DNA of 64,000 bases, taken from positions 62,001-126,000 of the forward strand of contig JAVECO010000028.1 of assembly GCA_051942205.1 (NCBI GenBank), in the 5' to 3' direction. The position numbers were made by a program, and so were the translations under genes. This document shows positions 50,948 through 63,135 of this stretch, one piece after another (positions within the stretch are counted from its first letter, which is position 1; each line of letters begins with the position of its first letter). The notes below the pieces were generated by a model that ran no database searches, was not told where the DNA came from, and was given only the letters and a program-made list of their open reading frames with translations. This stretch comes from Coniocarpon cinnabarinum. Its lineage: Eukaryota.

Positions 50948-53130
50948 ATGGCGGGGCGAACACGGCTGCCCAAGAGGCGTCCTCCTCAGCGGAACAGCCA
51001 GCACAGCCAGCGCCCCAGCAAACCAGTGCGGCAAAGCAAAGGGAACACAAATAGGCAATCTCATCATGGCACCTCTGCGCACCCCCAGAAACCCGCTGGA
51101 GAGCATTCAGGATTTCGACATAGCTCGACAGGAATACAGTCCAGACTCAAGGGCGTCAGAACGCGTTTTGAACCAATGGTTCATGAGGCTGTGGAACAGG
51201 AAAACAAAAAACATGACGAGCGCCGGAAGGAAGAATCTGAAGCCTATCAAAAGGTAAGCATGCACTTTTTACTTTTGAAGCTCTGAAAGGGACACTTCTT
51301 GCAGTTCTCCCGCTATTGTAGATGCAGCGTGTCTCAAACACCAATTTTCAGGCACACTTGCTGCGAATCGAGCCCCTTTCGTTCTTCTAGGGCTCATCAA
51401 AGACCTTTAAACTGCCTTTTCTCCATCCATGATGAACGGTGAGGGCGACGCAGTGCTGACATGGTGCCATAGTTCTGCTTCTCCCAAAACGATCCAGATG
51501 CAAACCCACCCCTTGCGCCGACGGCTGGGGAGATAACTTCCGTAGTTCAGCGCGCTTGGGCCGAGCTCAAGGTGGAAGAGGTACGTATCTAGTGAGCGTT
51601 GCCTCTTGAAAGTTTTGCGGCTCTGCTACAGTTGTGACTTCGACTCGATGGTATATACCAAGCTAACCTCACCAGGAGCAAGCCATTCGGGATGAACACC
51701 TGGCTCAGAAAGATGATACCGTATTCAAACATCTGCAAAGCTGTAGGCAACGCCAAGCGAAGCAAAACGATCGAACCAAGTTTCTACGAAAACAAGCGTT
51801 GGAGCGACACCCTCATCTCAACAAGAAAATCCTCGACGGCCTTGAAGACGAGGAGAGAAAGAAAGGCTGGGTTGCTGTAATGAAGAATGAAAGACTGTTC
51901 CAATACCCACAAATGTATCCTGCACTTATGAGAAAGAACGCGCCCCATGTAGCTGTCCGTCAGCCTCCTTTCGAATTTCCGGCTGATCAGATCCCTTCAA
52001 CCACGAAGAAAGCTCAACGGCCCCCAGTGACACCAAGTACCCCACAACCAGATCCAATGCAACAGGGTCATCATGCAAAGTCACCATCTCACATTGTAAG
52101 GGCGCCAGGTGGGTCTCGACCGGCTCTCGGTCATCATCAGTCGACCACATCAGCTACTGGATTTGCCCATTTGCCGGCTTCCCAACAACAAGCCAGTAGA
52201 AAGACTCCTTTACCGCAAGCTGTCCCAATGGAGAGAGTGGCAATCGATGCCACTAAGGGTGTGGCAGTCGCAGCTCCTCCGCCAGGGTCTGTAGCCCAGA
52301 TTCGACCTGGATTCACGCGTAACCAAACAGCTCAGCCAGTCATGCAGCAGGGTACGCATGGCCAACAACTACCACCGGCAGGACACAAAGACTTGCCACC
52401 GACTCCATCGCCAGCACTAGGAAAGCCAATGCCTTCTCCTGCACCGATCTCTCCAGGAGCCCAGAACTTCTACCCTGCTCCACGGCCGCCACAGTCAAAT
52501 CAACAACATCTTCACCCTGAGTTGCCACATGTTAGACCTGTGTACGATCCTGTCCAGCGTGATCACGGAGCTCAAGGGCGCACTGATAGCGCAGGTACCC
52601 AGGTCCACATCAGACGTCGCCCGTCGCCGGAGCCGGATGGTCTGCTCTCTCCACAAGAGAACTGGCAGTACTGTGCCAACAGCAGTCCGGGGCTTCGAGA
52701 GCTTCCTCAGCCCAATCAACAGCCAGTGCCAATGCCCAGTGTGCAAGATCACCTTCCACCATCTCCGTTCATAAACGAAGTCAACCCCGTAGACGAGTAC
52801 CAACACCGGCGCTGGAAGCCTCAACCACCACCGCCTTCTGCCAAAAAGGGACGTAGGTCGTCTTCCGGCTCTCCAATCGCTATCAGCCGGAATCGTGGCG
52901 CCCGTCGACCGAGGACCTCGCGACATGTCCGCTTTGCTTCTCCAGCCAATCATCCTGCAGGTGACGATGAGTCCTCAGATGACTGGCAGGACTACAGGTC
53001 CTCGGATGAGAGTCCCGGACCAAGTGACACTCCCCTCAGCTCACCGCCTACACCGCGAAGGCATACCGTGAAGAAGCATGGCGATGGCGAGGCCGTCGAT
53101 CACGGCAAGAGGACTATTGTCAATTTTTGA
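50948..53130 (+). CDS. Hypothetical protein with a short helical N-terminal half and a long Pro/Gln-rich disordered tail
   Basis: Exons ~50948-51253, 51473-51580 and ~51676-53130 join in frame through canonical introns. No recognisable domain. Confidence 0.6.
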
Positions 53131-53529
53131 AGTTTGACTAGACCTCTGCGCAAGGCATGAATGAATTGATGGTGTGAAACGCGACGTTTGAGATTGTACT
53201 ATAGCCACCCGTAGTGTAGAGGAACGTGGGCAAGCATATCTGCAGACTGAACGTGAGTCACTGCATCGCTCAACTCATTGGTGTCAGCCTTCATGTCCTC
53301 TACTACGAGATACATATGACGTGAATAAAAGTTCCTTGGAAGGATTCTCACCGTGTCGTACATCTCACTCAAACATTCCGTGCCTTTCAAAACGACTTGC
53401 ACGTTGCCCCAAACTGCTCTTGGCGCTTGCGTGGTCTCACACGTTTTGCAACGTAGCCATCTTCAACCCCGTAGATGAATTGGAAGTGTAGGTCTTGGAG
53501 ACAGGAGAACAGATTATTGAGGCGTCAAG

Positions 53530-55102
53530 ATGACTGCTCCCCCACTAACCCTACGAAATCTCACATCTATACCCCTAGAGCTTCGAGTCATTGAGCGCTT
53601 CGAGGCTCCAGGACGTTTACAAAAAGATCCCGAGCACAAAACCAGCGGTCTTTTCCGCAATGTCACGAACTTTGCAGGATTTGGAGGCTCGAACAGCACA
53701 GCTCCATCATCTTCAGCTTTGGCTGAGGGCGCACAATCATTCGCAAGAGAAGAAGTGTCTGTGCATGTAGAGCCTTTCAGAAGTGCACACACAGATTTGA
53801 AAACATCAGAACGTAACTCAGACGAAATCCTCAGACTGCTAATCAACTTCGACGGCGAAGATCATCGCATCGATGTCCCTGGCCAAACCAATGGCTCTAC
53901 GGTCTTCAGTCCTCTTTCGGCCCAGCCACGCTTCAACTTCACGGGTATCTATCATTCTTCGGATTCCCATCTTGCTGTCTACTCCAGTAGCGACCTGCAT
54001 TGCTGGATGCGCAACTTCCGTGACCGAACCCCACTGAGCGCTCTCTCTATCCCTGGCACACACAACTCTCCAACGCATCACAAGGCCCTGCCTTCTGTCC
54101 GGTGCCAGGCCGTATCTCCACGTGCTCAGCTCCTGAATGGCATCCGCTTCTTTGATGTACGCGTCCAGCCTGAGGGCGACGCTACAAACCCTGCGCTTAT
54201 CCTCGTCCACGGCGCCTTTCCCATTTCTCTGACTGGTCCAAAGTATCTACGTCGGCTCCTTGATGACGTGTATGTATTTTTGGCTGAGAACCCCTCAGAA
54301 ACTGTGATCATAAGCTTGAAACGCGAAGGCACCGGCAGTGCCTCTGACCAGGATCTGGCTCGCATCTTGCACGACTTCTACGTGGCAGGGGCTGACGAAA
54401 ACAAATGGCACGTTGACCCTTCGGTTCCCTCACTGGGTCAGACTCGGGGCAAAGTGGTTCTCCTCCGTCGCTTCTGCGTGCCGGACGAATACCATGGTTT
54501 TCACGATGGCCGCGGCTGGGGGCTCGATGCCGAAAGCTGGGCCGACAACACCGCCTTCGACAGACATGGCAATATTTGCATACAAGACTTCTACGAAGTG
54601 CTCGAGACTGAGAACATCGAGAAGAAGCTGGGCTTTGCTCGTGAGCATTGCAAGCAGGCTGGTGCACAAGTTGCACCTCTCCCAGGCGTGAATACGGACG
54701 CCGCGAATCCAGTTCCAGGAGGACCGTTTTACATCAATTTCCTAAGTGCGAGCAATTTCTGGAAAAAGGGATGTTGGCCAGAAAAGATTGCCGAGAAATT
54801 GAACCCAGGGATGGTCAGGTGGCTGTGCTGCGACCATTGCTGTGAAGAAAATGCGGAAGGAGATGCGGGAACGGGCATCGTCGTGATGGATTGGGTGGGA
54901 GCTGACGGCGGTAGGTCCACAGCATTTTAACATGTTCATTTACACCTCTTATCCATTCAAGAATTTTGCTCTGCTCTATCATCAGTGATGTTACTTCAAC
55001 TTAGCAAAGCTAACGTTTGGGACATCAGATTGGGGTTTGGTCAGATGCGTAGTGGGGATGAACAGCAAGTTGATGATGAGAGAAGCACAGATGCCTCCAT
55101 GA
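53530..55102 (+). CDS. Phosphatidylinositol-specific phospholipase C (bacterial-type PI-PLC X domain; 1-phosphatidylinositol phosphodiesterase)
   Basis: LSALSIPGTHNS, CQ, QLLNGIRFFDVR, LVHG, FLAENPSETVIISLKREG, RGKVVLLRRF, IQDFYE, INFLSAS, GIVVMDW. Intron 54911-55029. Confidence 0.92.
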
Positions 55103-55725
55103 TAGGAAGGAAAAAAACAACACAACAGTACAATAACATGACAGCAGCCACAGTTCCAATAAATGGCTGCGCAAAGAGTCTCTGGACAAATCACGTTATC
55201 AAAAGAACGTGGAAAAGTCTCATTCAAAATACCCAGTGCTTGACTGAAAGAGTTTGGACGGAGCTCATGTGGATTTATCATGCACACCGGTTGGCTGGCG
55301 TTCCTTCATCCTCGGTGCCTTTAGACAGGAGCAAGACCAACGCTGGAGTGCCTGGTATAATTTCTGCACCGAGTAGATGAGCACAGAGCACGAGGACCAT
55401 TTTTTGTGCAACAATGCCCACAGTCCTTGATCGACGTGTTTGAATGTGCCCCAAATGTTCGATATCAACACAGTCCTGTGCTACCGTCTCTGCGTGAAAG
55501 CTGTGCTGACAGACAGGTGGTCAAGTTGCCATCCATTGATTGCCCTAGCGCGATTCTGAAGGTCTTCTATTCTGTAGGTTTGCGGCAGCCTTTGCAGCGC
55601 CCGGCGCGTCAGAGGGTGCCGATGTGGGTATTGATACGAGGCAAATCAGTCTCTGACATGAAAGACGAGTATCAGAGTAACATCGAGCGCTGTATGACAG
55701 AGCCATGCCATCAGTTGCATGGCAT

Positions 55726-55959
55726 TCAGCGCGCTTCGAACTGCACCATTCGCGTTGTCCGCTCCTTATATAGCACACGATGACCACACTCGTTGCAGCG
55801 GACGATGTCGTTGCGGCGCAAAGTGACCTTGGCATTGCAGTCGCCACAGATGTATCGCACAGGCTTCGCCTGCTCCAGTGATGGGCCAGGAGCTTGTGAT
55901 GCAGCGCCTGGAACGGGGATGGCCGTTGCCGTGGACGGCACAAAGGCTTCGGTCGACAT
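55726..55959 (-). CDS. RPC10: RNA polymerase I/II/III shared subunit RPABC4 (Rpb12/Rpc10)
   Basis: YICGDC...VRCNECGHRVLYKERTTRMVQFEAR*. Confidence 0.96.
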   Translation of the reverse strand: MSTEAFVPSTATAIPVPGAASQAPGPSLEQAKPVRYICGDCNAKVTLRRNDIVRCNECGHRVLYKERTTRMVQFEAR

Positions 55960-56313
55960 TGTGTAGGATCGTCTCGGGGTGCGCAAGTTGGTGATAGAAA
56001 CCTGCACTTTGAAGCAGACTTATAAGAAATCAACTGTTGACTCTGCTTTAATTCGGAATGTGAAGAAGCAGAGAAGTTCAACGCTCGAGAAGAAAGAAGG
56101 CGCAAAGCCATACGGAGAAGCGGAAAGAGTTCCGCTCGGCGTTCGGCCGAAAGAGCCCCGCCATCGCGTGCAGCGCTCTTACGCAATTGCTTCTACTCAA
56201 ATTTCTCAGCAGCGCGCCACTATCACTGCGTTCAACGTGTTTTCGTAGAGCATTCTTAGAGGCTCCATGCTGTCTTGTATGCTCGCTCGTGGATAGTGAG
56301 GGCCACTGGAAGC

Positions 56314-58161
56314 ATGTCAGCCATCCTCTCCGAATCACAGCTCAATGATTTTATTACACCCGGTGTCGCATGCATCAAGCCGGTAGAGACGCTCCCCGCT
56401 CAACAACCTGCCTCAGAACAGTCTTTAGACCCGTATGAAGTAACGACTGAAGACAGAGTCGGCGGCCAGACTGCATCCGCAAACCAGCCAGCCCAAATCA
56501 GCTTAACAGATTGCCTGGCGTGTAGCGGATGTGTTACAAGCGCAGAGGCTGTACTGGTGAGCTTGCAAAGCCACGAAGAGGTGCTGAATAATCTTGATGC
56601 ACATCGGAGCTTGTCAGTGGAGCAAGCGGCGAATGGCTTCCCTGGAAAGATATTCGTTGCGAGCGTAAGCCCACAGGCAAGAGCAAGTCTGGCAGCGACG
56701 TACGGGATCTCGTCAAGAGAAGCTGGCTGTCTTATAGAGCAGCTGCTGTGTGGCGCTCAGGGGTTGAGAGCTGGAGGTACACATGGAAGTGGCTTTAACT
56801 GGTGCATTGATACGAATCGATTAAGAGACTTGGCTTTATGGGGCACGGCAAAAGAGGCGCTAGACGCAGCTCAAAACGACATGGAGCGGTCTGATCACGA
56901 CAGGCATCCTCAGCCAAAGCGACCGATCTTGGCCTCGAGCTGTCCTGGCTGGATTTGCTACGCCGAAAAGACCCATCCGCATGTCCTACCGCATCTTTCT
57001 CGGCTGAAGTCGCCGCAGGGTTTAACCGGTACCCTTGTGAAGTCTGTGCTCGCTCGAAGATATGGCATTCACCCGAGTCAAGTCTGGCATGTAGCAGTCA
57101 TGCCATGTTTCGACAAAAAGCTTGAAGCAAGCCGGGAAGAGTTAACAAACACATATTGGGAAGGAGATTGCAGAGGCAACATGAATGGAACGAGAGTAGA
57201 TGGACAGACAAAGCATGAAGGAGTTCGGGATGTTGATTGTGTCATTACAGCACGCGAGCTACTGATGCTCGCCCAAGCTCGCAATATCCGTTTTCCGGGC
57301 CTCCCTCTCAAACACGTCCGTACTGAAGCGTTCCCCGACCCACTCTTGGATTCCTTCCTATTCCCACGCCTTCGCCGCTCCTCTCAAGCCCAGGAGCGCG
57401 ATGCTGGTCCGTCCGGAGGCTACAGCTACCAAATCCTCGGTCATCTACAGCTGCGCCATCCTGGCAGCCATATCAAGTCTCAGCGTGGCCGCAATCCTGA
57501 TGTGATCGAATACACCTTGGTCGCAGCCGATGGAACAATCGTTGCCAGAACTGCACGCTATTACGGTTTTCAGAACATTCAAAATCTCGTCCAGAAGCTT
57601 CAGCCTCCGAAGCCTTCCAAACTTTTGGGTGGTGCCACTCGCCAACCAAGAGGGAAGGGAGGTGGGACTGGTGGACTGTCACAATATCTCTATGTTGAAG
57701 TCATGGCTTGTCCCGGGGGCTGCACCAATGGTGGTGGACAAGTCAAGGTTGGAGACCTGCCCGATAACGCGCTCGTGGAAGGCACTGCAGAAGAGGCGGA
57801 CAAGCAACGGCAAGAAAATGACAAAAGAAAGCCCACTGTATCTGAACAGCGTGCATGGCTGGCGCAGGTCGATGAAGCCTACTATTCTGCCGACTCCGAT
57901 GGCGGACATGATGACACTACTTATGACTCGGATGGCGATATTGACATGATGGATAGCAATGTCAATGGAGAGATTAGAGGTGACACACAAGATCAGCCTG
58001 AACAGGCTCTAAGACATTGGACGACGCTCACCAATGTACCTCTAGAAGGGCTATTGTATACAAGCTATCGTGCGGTCGAAAGCGACGTCGGCAAGCAAAG
58101 CAAGGCGAGCGACGTCGAGCGAGTTGTAGGACTGGCTAGCAGCGTTGGTGGCGGCTGGTGA
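56314..58161 (+). CDS. NAR1: Cytosolic Fe-S assembly factor Nar1 (hydrogenase-like)
   Basis: LNDFITPGVACIKP, ISLTDCLACSGCVTSAE, SCPGWICYAEK, VMPCFDKKLEA, EVMACPGGCTNGGGQ, C-terminal W. Confidence 0.96.
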   Translation: MSAILSESQLNDFITPGVACIKPVETLPAQQPASEQSLDPYEVTTEDRVGGQTASANQPAQISLTDCLACSGCVTSAEAVLVSLQSHEEVLNNLDAHRSLSVEQAANGFPGKIFVASVSPQARASLAATYGISSREAGCLIEQLLCGAQGLRAGGTHGSGFNWCIDTNRLRDLALWGTAKEALDAAQNDMERSDHDRHPQPKRPILASSCPGWICYAEKTHPHVLPHLSRLKSPQGLTGTLVKSVLARRYGIHPSQVWHVAVMPCFDKKLEASREELTNTYWEGDCRGNMNGTRVDGQTKHEGVRDVDCVITARELLMLAQARNIRFPGLPLKHVRTEAFPDPLLDSFLFPRLRRSSQAQERDAGPSGGYSYQILGHLQLRHPGSHIKSQRGRNPDVIEYTLVAADGTIVARTARYYGFQNIQNLVQKLQPPKPSKLLGGATRQPRGKGGGTGGLSQYLYVEVMACPGGCTNGGGQVKVGDLPDNALVEGTAEEADKQRQENDKRKPTVSEQRAWLAQVDEAYYSADSDGGHDDTTYDSDGDIDMMDSNVNGEIRGDTQDQPEQALRHWTTLTNVPLEGLLYTSYRAVESDVGKQSKASDVERVVGLASSVGGGW

Positions 58162-58164
58162 AGG

Positions 58165-58983
58165 CTACCAGAACCAACTTGATACCCTTCTCTCGCTTGC
58201 ATCCTGCGCACTTTGAGATGTCTTCCCTGTCGGATTGTGAAACGTTGACGTATGTGGATGCTTGTCCACATTCGACTGCGGTCGAGCCTGCAACCGCTTT
58301 GATGCTAGTCTGTACTTCATCCGCATCCTCGACGCGTACTCTTCCGCCCTCTTTGCCCTTGCTTCGGCCTTTACCAACCTCGTTTCAATCTCTTTGGCAT
58401 CCTTCGCGGCCTGCTTCGATGCTTCATTCTGCGAATACAACTGCGTGGTCAGGACGCATATCAAAGGAACAAGGAAGAGGTAAGGCAAATGAGCACCAGA
58501 TTTGCTACGTGCGCGGATGGCTGTCAATTGTGCATCGATGCGCTTTTGACCTTCAGCCATGTCTTCTCGCAGCTTCTGCAGCCCTGCCGCCACATCTGGC
58601 TTGCTTCTCTGTGCTAGAGAAGCGATATACTGCTCTCTCCATCTGTCATTGCGCTGTAGCTCCGGCTTCGAGGTCAAGGACCTTTGCTCTCGTTCCCATG
58701 ACTGAGGCGAAGGCTGCGGCTTCGGCGATGCCGCTCTCGCTATGTTGACAGCGGTCTTGAGATCCTTCGTGGTCTGCTTGCCTGGATCGGAACTCAGTGG
58801 TGCGACTGATGCTTCCGATTTCAAAAGCTCAAGTTGCGTCGAATGTGCCGATCGTGGCAACTTAGAGAGTTGCGAGGCTCGCGTCGTCTCTCGGGCGTTG
58901 GAGAGGGCTTGAAGGTGAAAGAAAGGATTCTGTCCTTGTCTTGATGCCGTGGCGTGGAAGCTTCGCCGGAACATAAGAGCCAT
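58165..58983 (-). CDS. Hypothetical, probably mitochondrial single-pass membrane coiled-coil protein
   Basis: Presequence-like MALMFRRSFHATASRQ, coiled-coil segments and one TM helix (LPYLFLVPLICVLTT). Confidence 0.6.
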   Translation of the reverse strand: MALMFRRSFHATASRQGQNPFFHLQALSNARETTRASQLSKLPRSAHSTQLELLKSEASVAPLSSDPGKQTTKDLKTAVNIARAASPKPQPSPQSWEREQRSLTSKPELQRNDRWREQYIASLAQRSKPDVAAGLQKLREDMAEGQKRIDAQLTAIRARSKSGAHLPYLFLVPLICVLTTQLYSQNEASKQAAKDAKEIETRLVKAEARAKRAEEYASRMRMKYRLASKRLQARPQSNVDKHPHTSTFHNPTGKTSQSAQDASERRVSSWFW

Positions 58984-59770
58984 GATGATTCACATTGGCG
59001 GTTCCTCGTTCGGGTGGCGATCAGATGGGATGGTGTTAGTGGTGATGGAATCTGGTACGAGATCGCGGGGCGGGTGGGGCGGAAGTCTTCCCTATCGTGG
59101 TAATATTTGGGGATATCGAAATTTGCGCTAGTGCTTGATGTAGCTTGACGCGGTTTTTATTCACACTTCAGCACGAAGATGAAAACACGCACACGCACGT
59201 GGCTACTTAATGATGTCTAGGAGATCAAGCGTTTATTAGTCGTATTTGCTGTCCTTGAGAAAGGCACAGTGACGCTGACAGCGACTCTACTCTCTGGTTG
59301 ACTTGGCTGATGGGGCCAGCTGTCCGGCGTTTGTACCCCTTTCACGTTGGCATTGCTGCTATCCTTCTCAATCATCGTTGACAGTATGTTTTGATTATTC
59401 AATCAGCAATATAACGTCACTATGATGCTAGCTTGTCAACCGTGGTGACGGTGGAATGGTGACGATGACTTCTTCCTCACCAAAACCTTCATCCACCTTA
59501 AATCGTCTAAGCACAAATAAACACAGATTCCCTCTCCTGAACTTCTGCATGCGGCTATCGAATTTGCTGAGCCAGCAGTGTCAAGCATGGCACGATATAC
59601 GAAGCGCAATTCCAGGTTTTGTGTCGGTGCCCATGGATCCTTTATCACCTAGCCCAGCTTGCCTGTGCCTTGCCCAAATCAGGCAGCACGCGCCCGTTTG
59701 ATTAATTGAACTCTTGCGATCCAAGCATATCGCCACCAAGATCTCGTAACAAGGTTGCAAGATCAGCAAA

Positions 59771-60400
59771 ATGCGACATGGCACAGCAGATTCACCGCCA
59801 TGCCACTTCGATTGCCCATGCCATCCCTCGTCATCCGCCGACTGCCACCCGATCTATTCGAAAAGCTATTGGCAACGCAGCTACGACGAATCAGTACTGA
59901 AAGAGCTTCTACATTTCCAAGTTGACATCCGCGCAGCGTGCATCGCGCTTCTTGTCGTCGTCCTCGTCATGCTCGTCACCCTCGTCGCCCAGAACTACCA
60001 ACTCCCAAGGCCCCGTCGTGTTCCACGAGTTCAGGAAAACTTTCCGCAACCACCACCAGCCCGCCGCGCTGCAACCGATCGACTCAGATACGGCTCACGA
60101 TTCCTCGCCACCGGTATCCGCGAGGTGATGGAGACGGATCGTAATCACTCCCGAGCTCATCTGTCGCGCAGGTGCAAAAAACAGTGGGCTGCGACTATGC
60201 GGAAGGCACCGGAGGACGTTTGCGTCGTTTGTCGAGATGATTTGGCGGCTGGGCAATATCTCATTAAGCTTGATTGTGCGCATGTGTATCATGCGGAGTG
60301 TCTGGCTGATTGGATCGAACGGGTTAGCCGCTGTGCCATTTGCCTACGTGACATTACGCGGACTCAACAGCTTGACATCTGGAGGCTGGAGGGCAAATAG
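59771..60400 (+). CDS. Transmembrane RING-H2 protein (putative E3 ligase)
   Basis: TM helix AACIALLVVVLVMLVTLVA; RING-H2 CVVC-x14-CAHVYHAEC-LADW-x6-CAIC. Confidence 0.78.
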   Translation: MRHGTADSPPCHFDCPCHPSSSADCHPIYSKSYWQRSYDESVLKELLHFQVDIRAACIALLVVVLVMLVTLVAQNYQLPRPRRVPRVQENFPQPPPARRAATDRLRYGSRFLATGIREVMETDRNHSRAHLSRRCKKQWAATMRKAPEDVCVVCRDDLAAGQYLIKLDCAHVYHAECLADWIERVSRCAICLRDITRTQQLDIWRLEGK

Positions 60401-61031
60401 GGGATCGGCATCTCAGACTGAGTTATCATCCCGGGAATTAAGACTCTGAATCCCCGGCGTTTGCGTTCCTTAGGTTGCAACATGGCAAGAAATGTCAAAC
60501 AGGAGTGGCTATTGCGGGAGAGTAGGTCGCGGAGACTACCACAATGTCGACAACGCTGGCTACGAAAACACCTGTCTATCAGGTCTGGAGCTAGGCTTGA
60601 ACGTTGCGCTAACCTGTTGAAATGTCACCTGCGTTTGATCATCGTCTTGCAAATTTTGCTCATACCGCGCGCCCAATCAAAGGACCAGCGTGTCTTGTTT
60701 TAAGACATGCAGTCTGTCGTTGGCTATAGTTAAACAAAGACGCCTCTTTTCAGACCTACTTACCGCTCAGTGCCATGCCTCTATACAGTCCTTGATTGCG
60801 GTATATTCCATAACAGCTACACACTGTGCAAATTGCACACTTTCCCTCTACCTATTCGCCATTAGCTTCAGTCTCCAGTCATCATCTCTTTCATCCTTCC
60901 ATCTCACCAACAGTGACTCTGATTCCCACACAACTCACTCAACCTTCGTCCAAAATACTCTCAGAACCAATCACTTTCTCTCCCCACACCTCAAAGCGAT
61001 CTCAATACCATCCCATTTTTAAGAAATAAAA

Positions 61032-61343
61032 ATGGCACCTCTGCTGCCCAAAGCCGCCGTCACCCTAATCAAAGCCCTCTTCGGCCTCTCCTTCATTCTC
61101 TCCTTCATTCTCCGCATCATGAGCTCTCTCATCGCAATCTTCGCTCTTACAGCAGCTCTCATCCTTTTTCGTTCTACACTCTTTCCCATCGATGTCGTTG
61201 GCAAGATTCTCTCGTACGTCTCTGACACTGGCGCGCTTGAGATAGGCCGTCGAGTCCAGCGAATCACGCTAGCGGTGGAAGCTGATGTGAATGCCGGTAT
61301 CGATTTTGGTGCGACGTTGGACAGTGATGATGAGGTAGTTTAG
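61032..61343 (+). CDS. Small hypothetical membrane protein (103 aa)
   Basis: AAAATGG start context after a CT-rich leader, two hydrophobic helices and an acidic tail. Confidence 0.5.
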   Translation: MAPLLPKAAVTLIKALFGLSFILSFILRIMSSLIAIFALTAALILFRSTLFPIDVVGKILSYVSDTGALEIGRRVQRITLAVEADVNAGIDFGATLDSDDEVV

Positions 61344-61649
61344 GAACTGGATCGCACGTTTGACACGGGTGAGATTGGCAATGGAGAAATGGAGGGTAAG
61401 CGGTGGTTAGAGATGTGATTGCCGAGTGACTGAAAGTCGCGGAAATGGAATTATTTCAGGCAGAGTGTCTTTCGCTGCAGGATCCCTGGTACCAAATATG
61501 TGTGATGGGGAGGTGTGTTGTTGTCGCTTCTCAACGAGAGGCATCGCCCACATATATCATCATATGGCCTTGGGCTGGCCATAAAAGCGCATCCTGTCAG
61601 GGAATAGTAGCGAGATACCGAACTTTAATGTTAGTCACTAGATAGACGT

Positions 61650-61960
61650 GTCGAATGACAAATAGAAGTATATTAAACATAGATCTTAATAGTCGCCTTT
61701 TCAGGTCGCTACTATAGTGCAAGATGAGTTTTAACGCTATACTCGTAATTAAATATTATAGCACGCTTATATAACTTAAAGATAAATAGCTATTTTTCTC
61801 TTTATCTTATAGTAGAGTATTCCGGGACAAAAAGTCTAGCTCAGGCCTAATTTTCAAGAATAGAGCTATAATGTCTAATGACACGTCTATAGAGAGGCAT
61901 TTTGTACCAAGGAAACGGTACCGTAAAGGTAACATGAGCTATAGAGCAGCCTAACTATAC
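61650..61960. other. AT/TpA-rich patch, possible RIP-degraded repeat remnant
   Basis: Abrupt AT enrichment with many TA/TAG/CTA and few CA/TG dinucleotides (e.g. taattaaatattatagcacgcttatataacttaaagataaatagcta). No ORF. Confidence 0.4.
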
Positions 61961-62574
61961 CGCTCGAGTAGCGAGAGCCACTCTGTGTACTATAACATGA
62001 GCTTTATAGCGACGCTGATGAGGCGTCTTTGTGTCCGCGCATGCCACCACTGTGACGGTATTGACGGTATCGGTGTATGAATTAACCAACCAACCAACAT
62101 ACATCACCATGTAGAAACGATTCGTAACTTCTGGATCTGCAGAGGATGTCTTCACTGTGCTCCCGACATGAACGGTGATGCATGTTGCTGCATTCTTTCA
62201 GCTCTCACCTCTGCTGAGACAAAGTCTCAATCCCATGCTCTTATGGAACTCCACTGTTCATGTTAGAATCATCTGCCATCCAGAGTCTCTACATCGTGCA
62301 CTCCGCATTCTAAGGACACATTGAATACACAATGCAAGCCTTGCCTCTTCCTCCATTCCATTGTCCTTTTCTTCACTCGCAATTCAGCCTCCTGACATTG
62401 TGATTTCGTCCCAGTGATCTTTAGCCCCTTCCCTGCCCCCCAACACACACGCGACTCGAAGCACCATTAAGCATCTCATCTCGCCGTTCCCTTGAACACA
62501 ACACCGAGAACCCCTAACACCACAAGCACCCCAGACTACTACCCACTAATCACTCCACCAGAAATCCAGCACAT

Positions 62575-63135
62575 ATGGATCTCACGACGATCCTCCTCTC
62601 CCCCTTTGCCCTCTTCCTTCTCGGAACGACCCTCTTTATGCTCTATTGCACCGCCTTCAACACTCGTGCCCAACTGTCTCCATCCTCCGAATCCGCCGTC
62701 ACCTCCATCATCAACCTCGCGGATCTCGAATTTTCGGACAATGCGTCCGTCGCGCGGATTTTGGCTATTTGCTCCGTCGTTATCCTCGGACATCGGATGT
62801 GGAGCTGGATTATTATCCTAGCACGACGAATCGCAGATTTCATGATCATCCTGGGACAGCGCGTCGAAGAGGTGATGAGCGTTGTCGGACCTTTCATGGG
62901 AGATTGGATTGGTGCAATTGGACGACAGATGCGCGATTGGATCGCGGCGCGGATACCTGACGAGTGGTGGGAGGAGCCGGCTCCGCTGTATGACTTTACG
63001 GTGGGAGGCGTGCCGATTGTGGGGGGGTGGAAGGAGGTGAGACTTGAGGATCATTATTTGTATGGGAGGGGGGCCCCGAAGTTGCGGATGATGGTGAGGG
63101 AGGCGATTGAGAGGGGGAGCTTGAAGATGGAGTAG
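62575..63135 (+). CDS. Hypothetical membrane protein (186 aa)
   Basis: ATG after a C/A-rich leader, N-terminal hydrophobic segment and a second hydrophobic stretch. Shows the same C-rich to G-rich codon gradient as the confirmed genes. Confidence 0.55.
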   Translation: MDLTTILLSPFALFLLGTTLFMLYCTAFNTRAQLSPSSESAVTSIINLADLEFSDNASVARILAICSVVILGHRMWSWIIILARRIADFMIILGQRVEEVMSVVGPFMGDWIGAIGRQMRDWIAARIPDEWWEEPAPLYDFTVGGVPIVGGWKEVRLEDHYLYGRGAPKLRMMVREAIERGSLKME

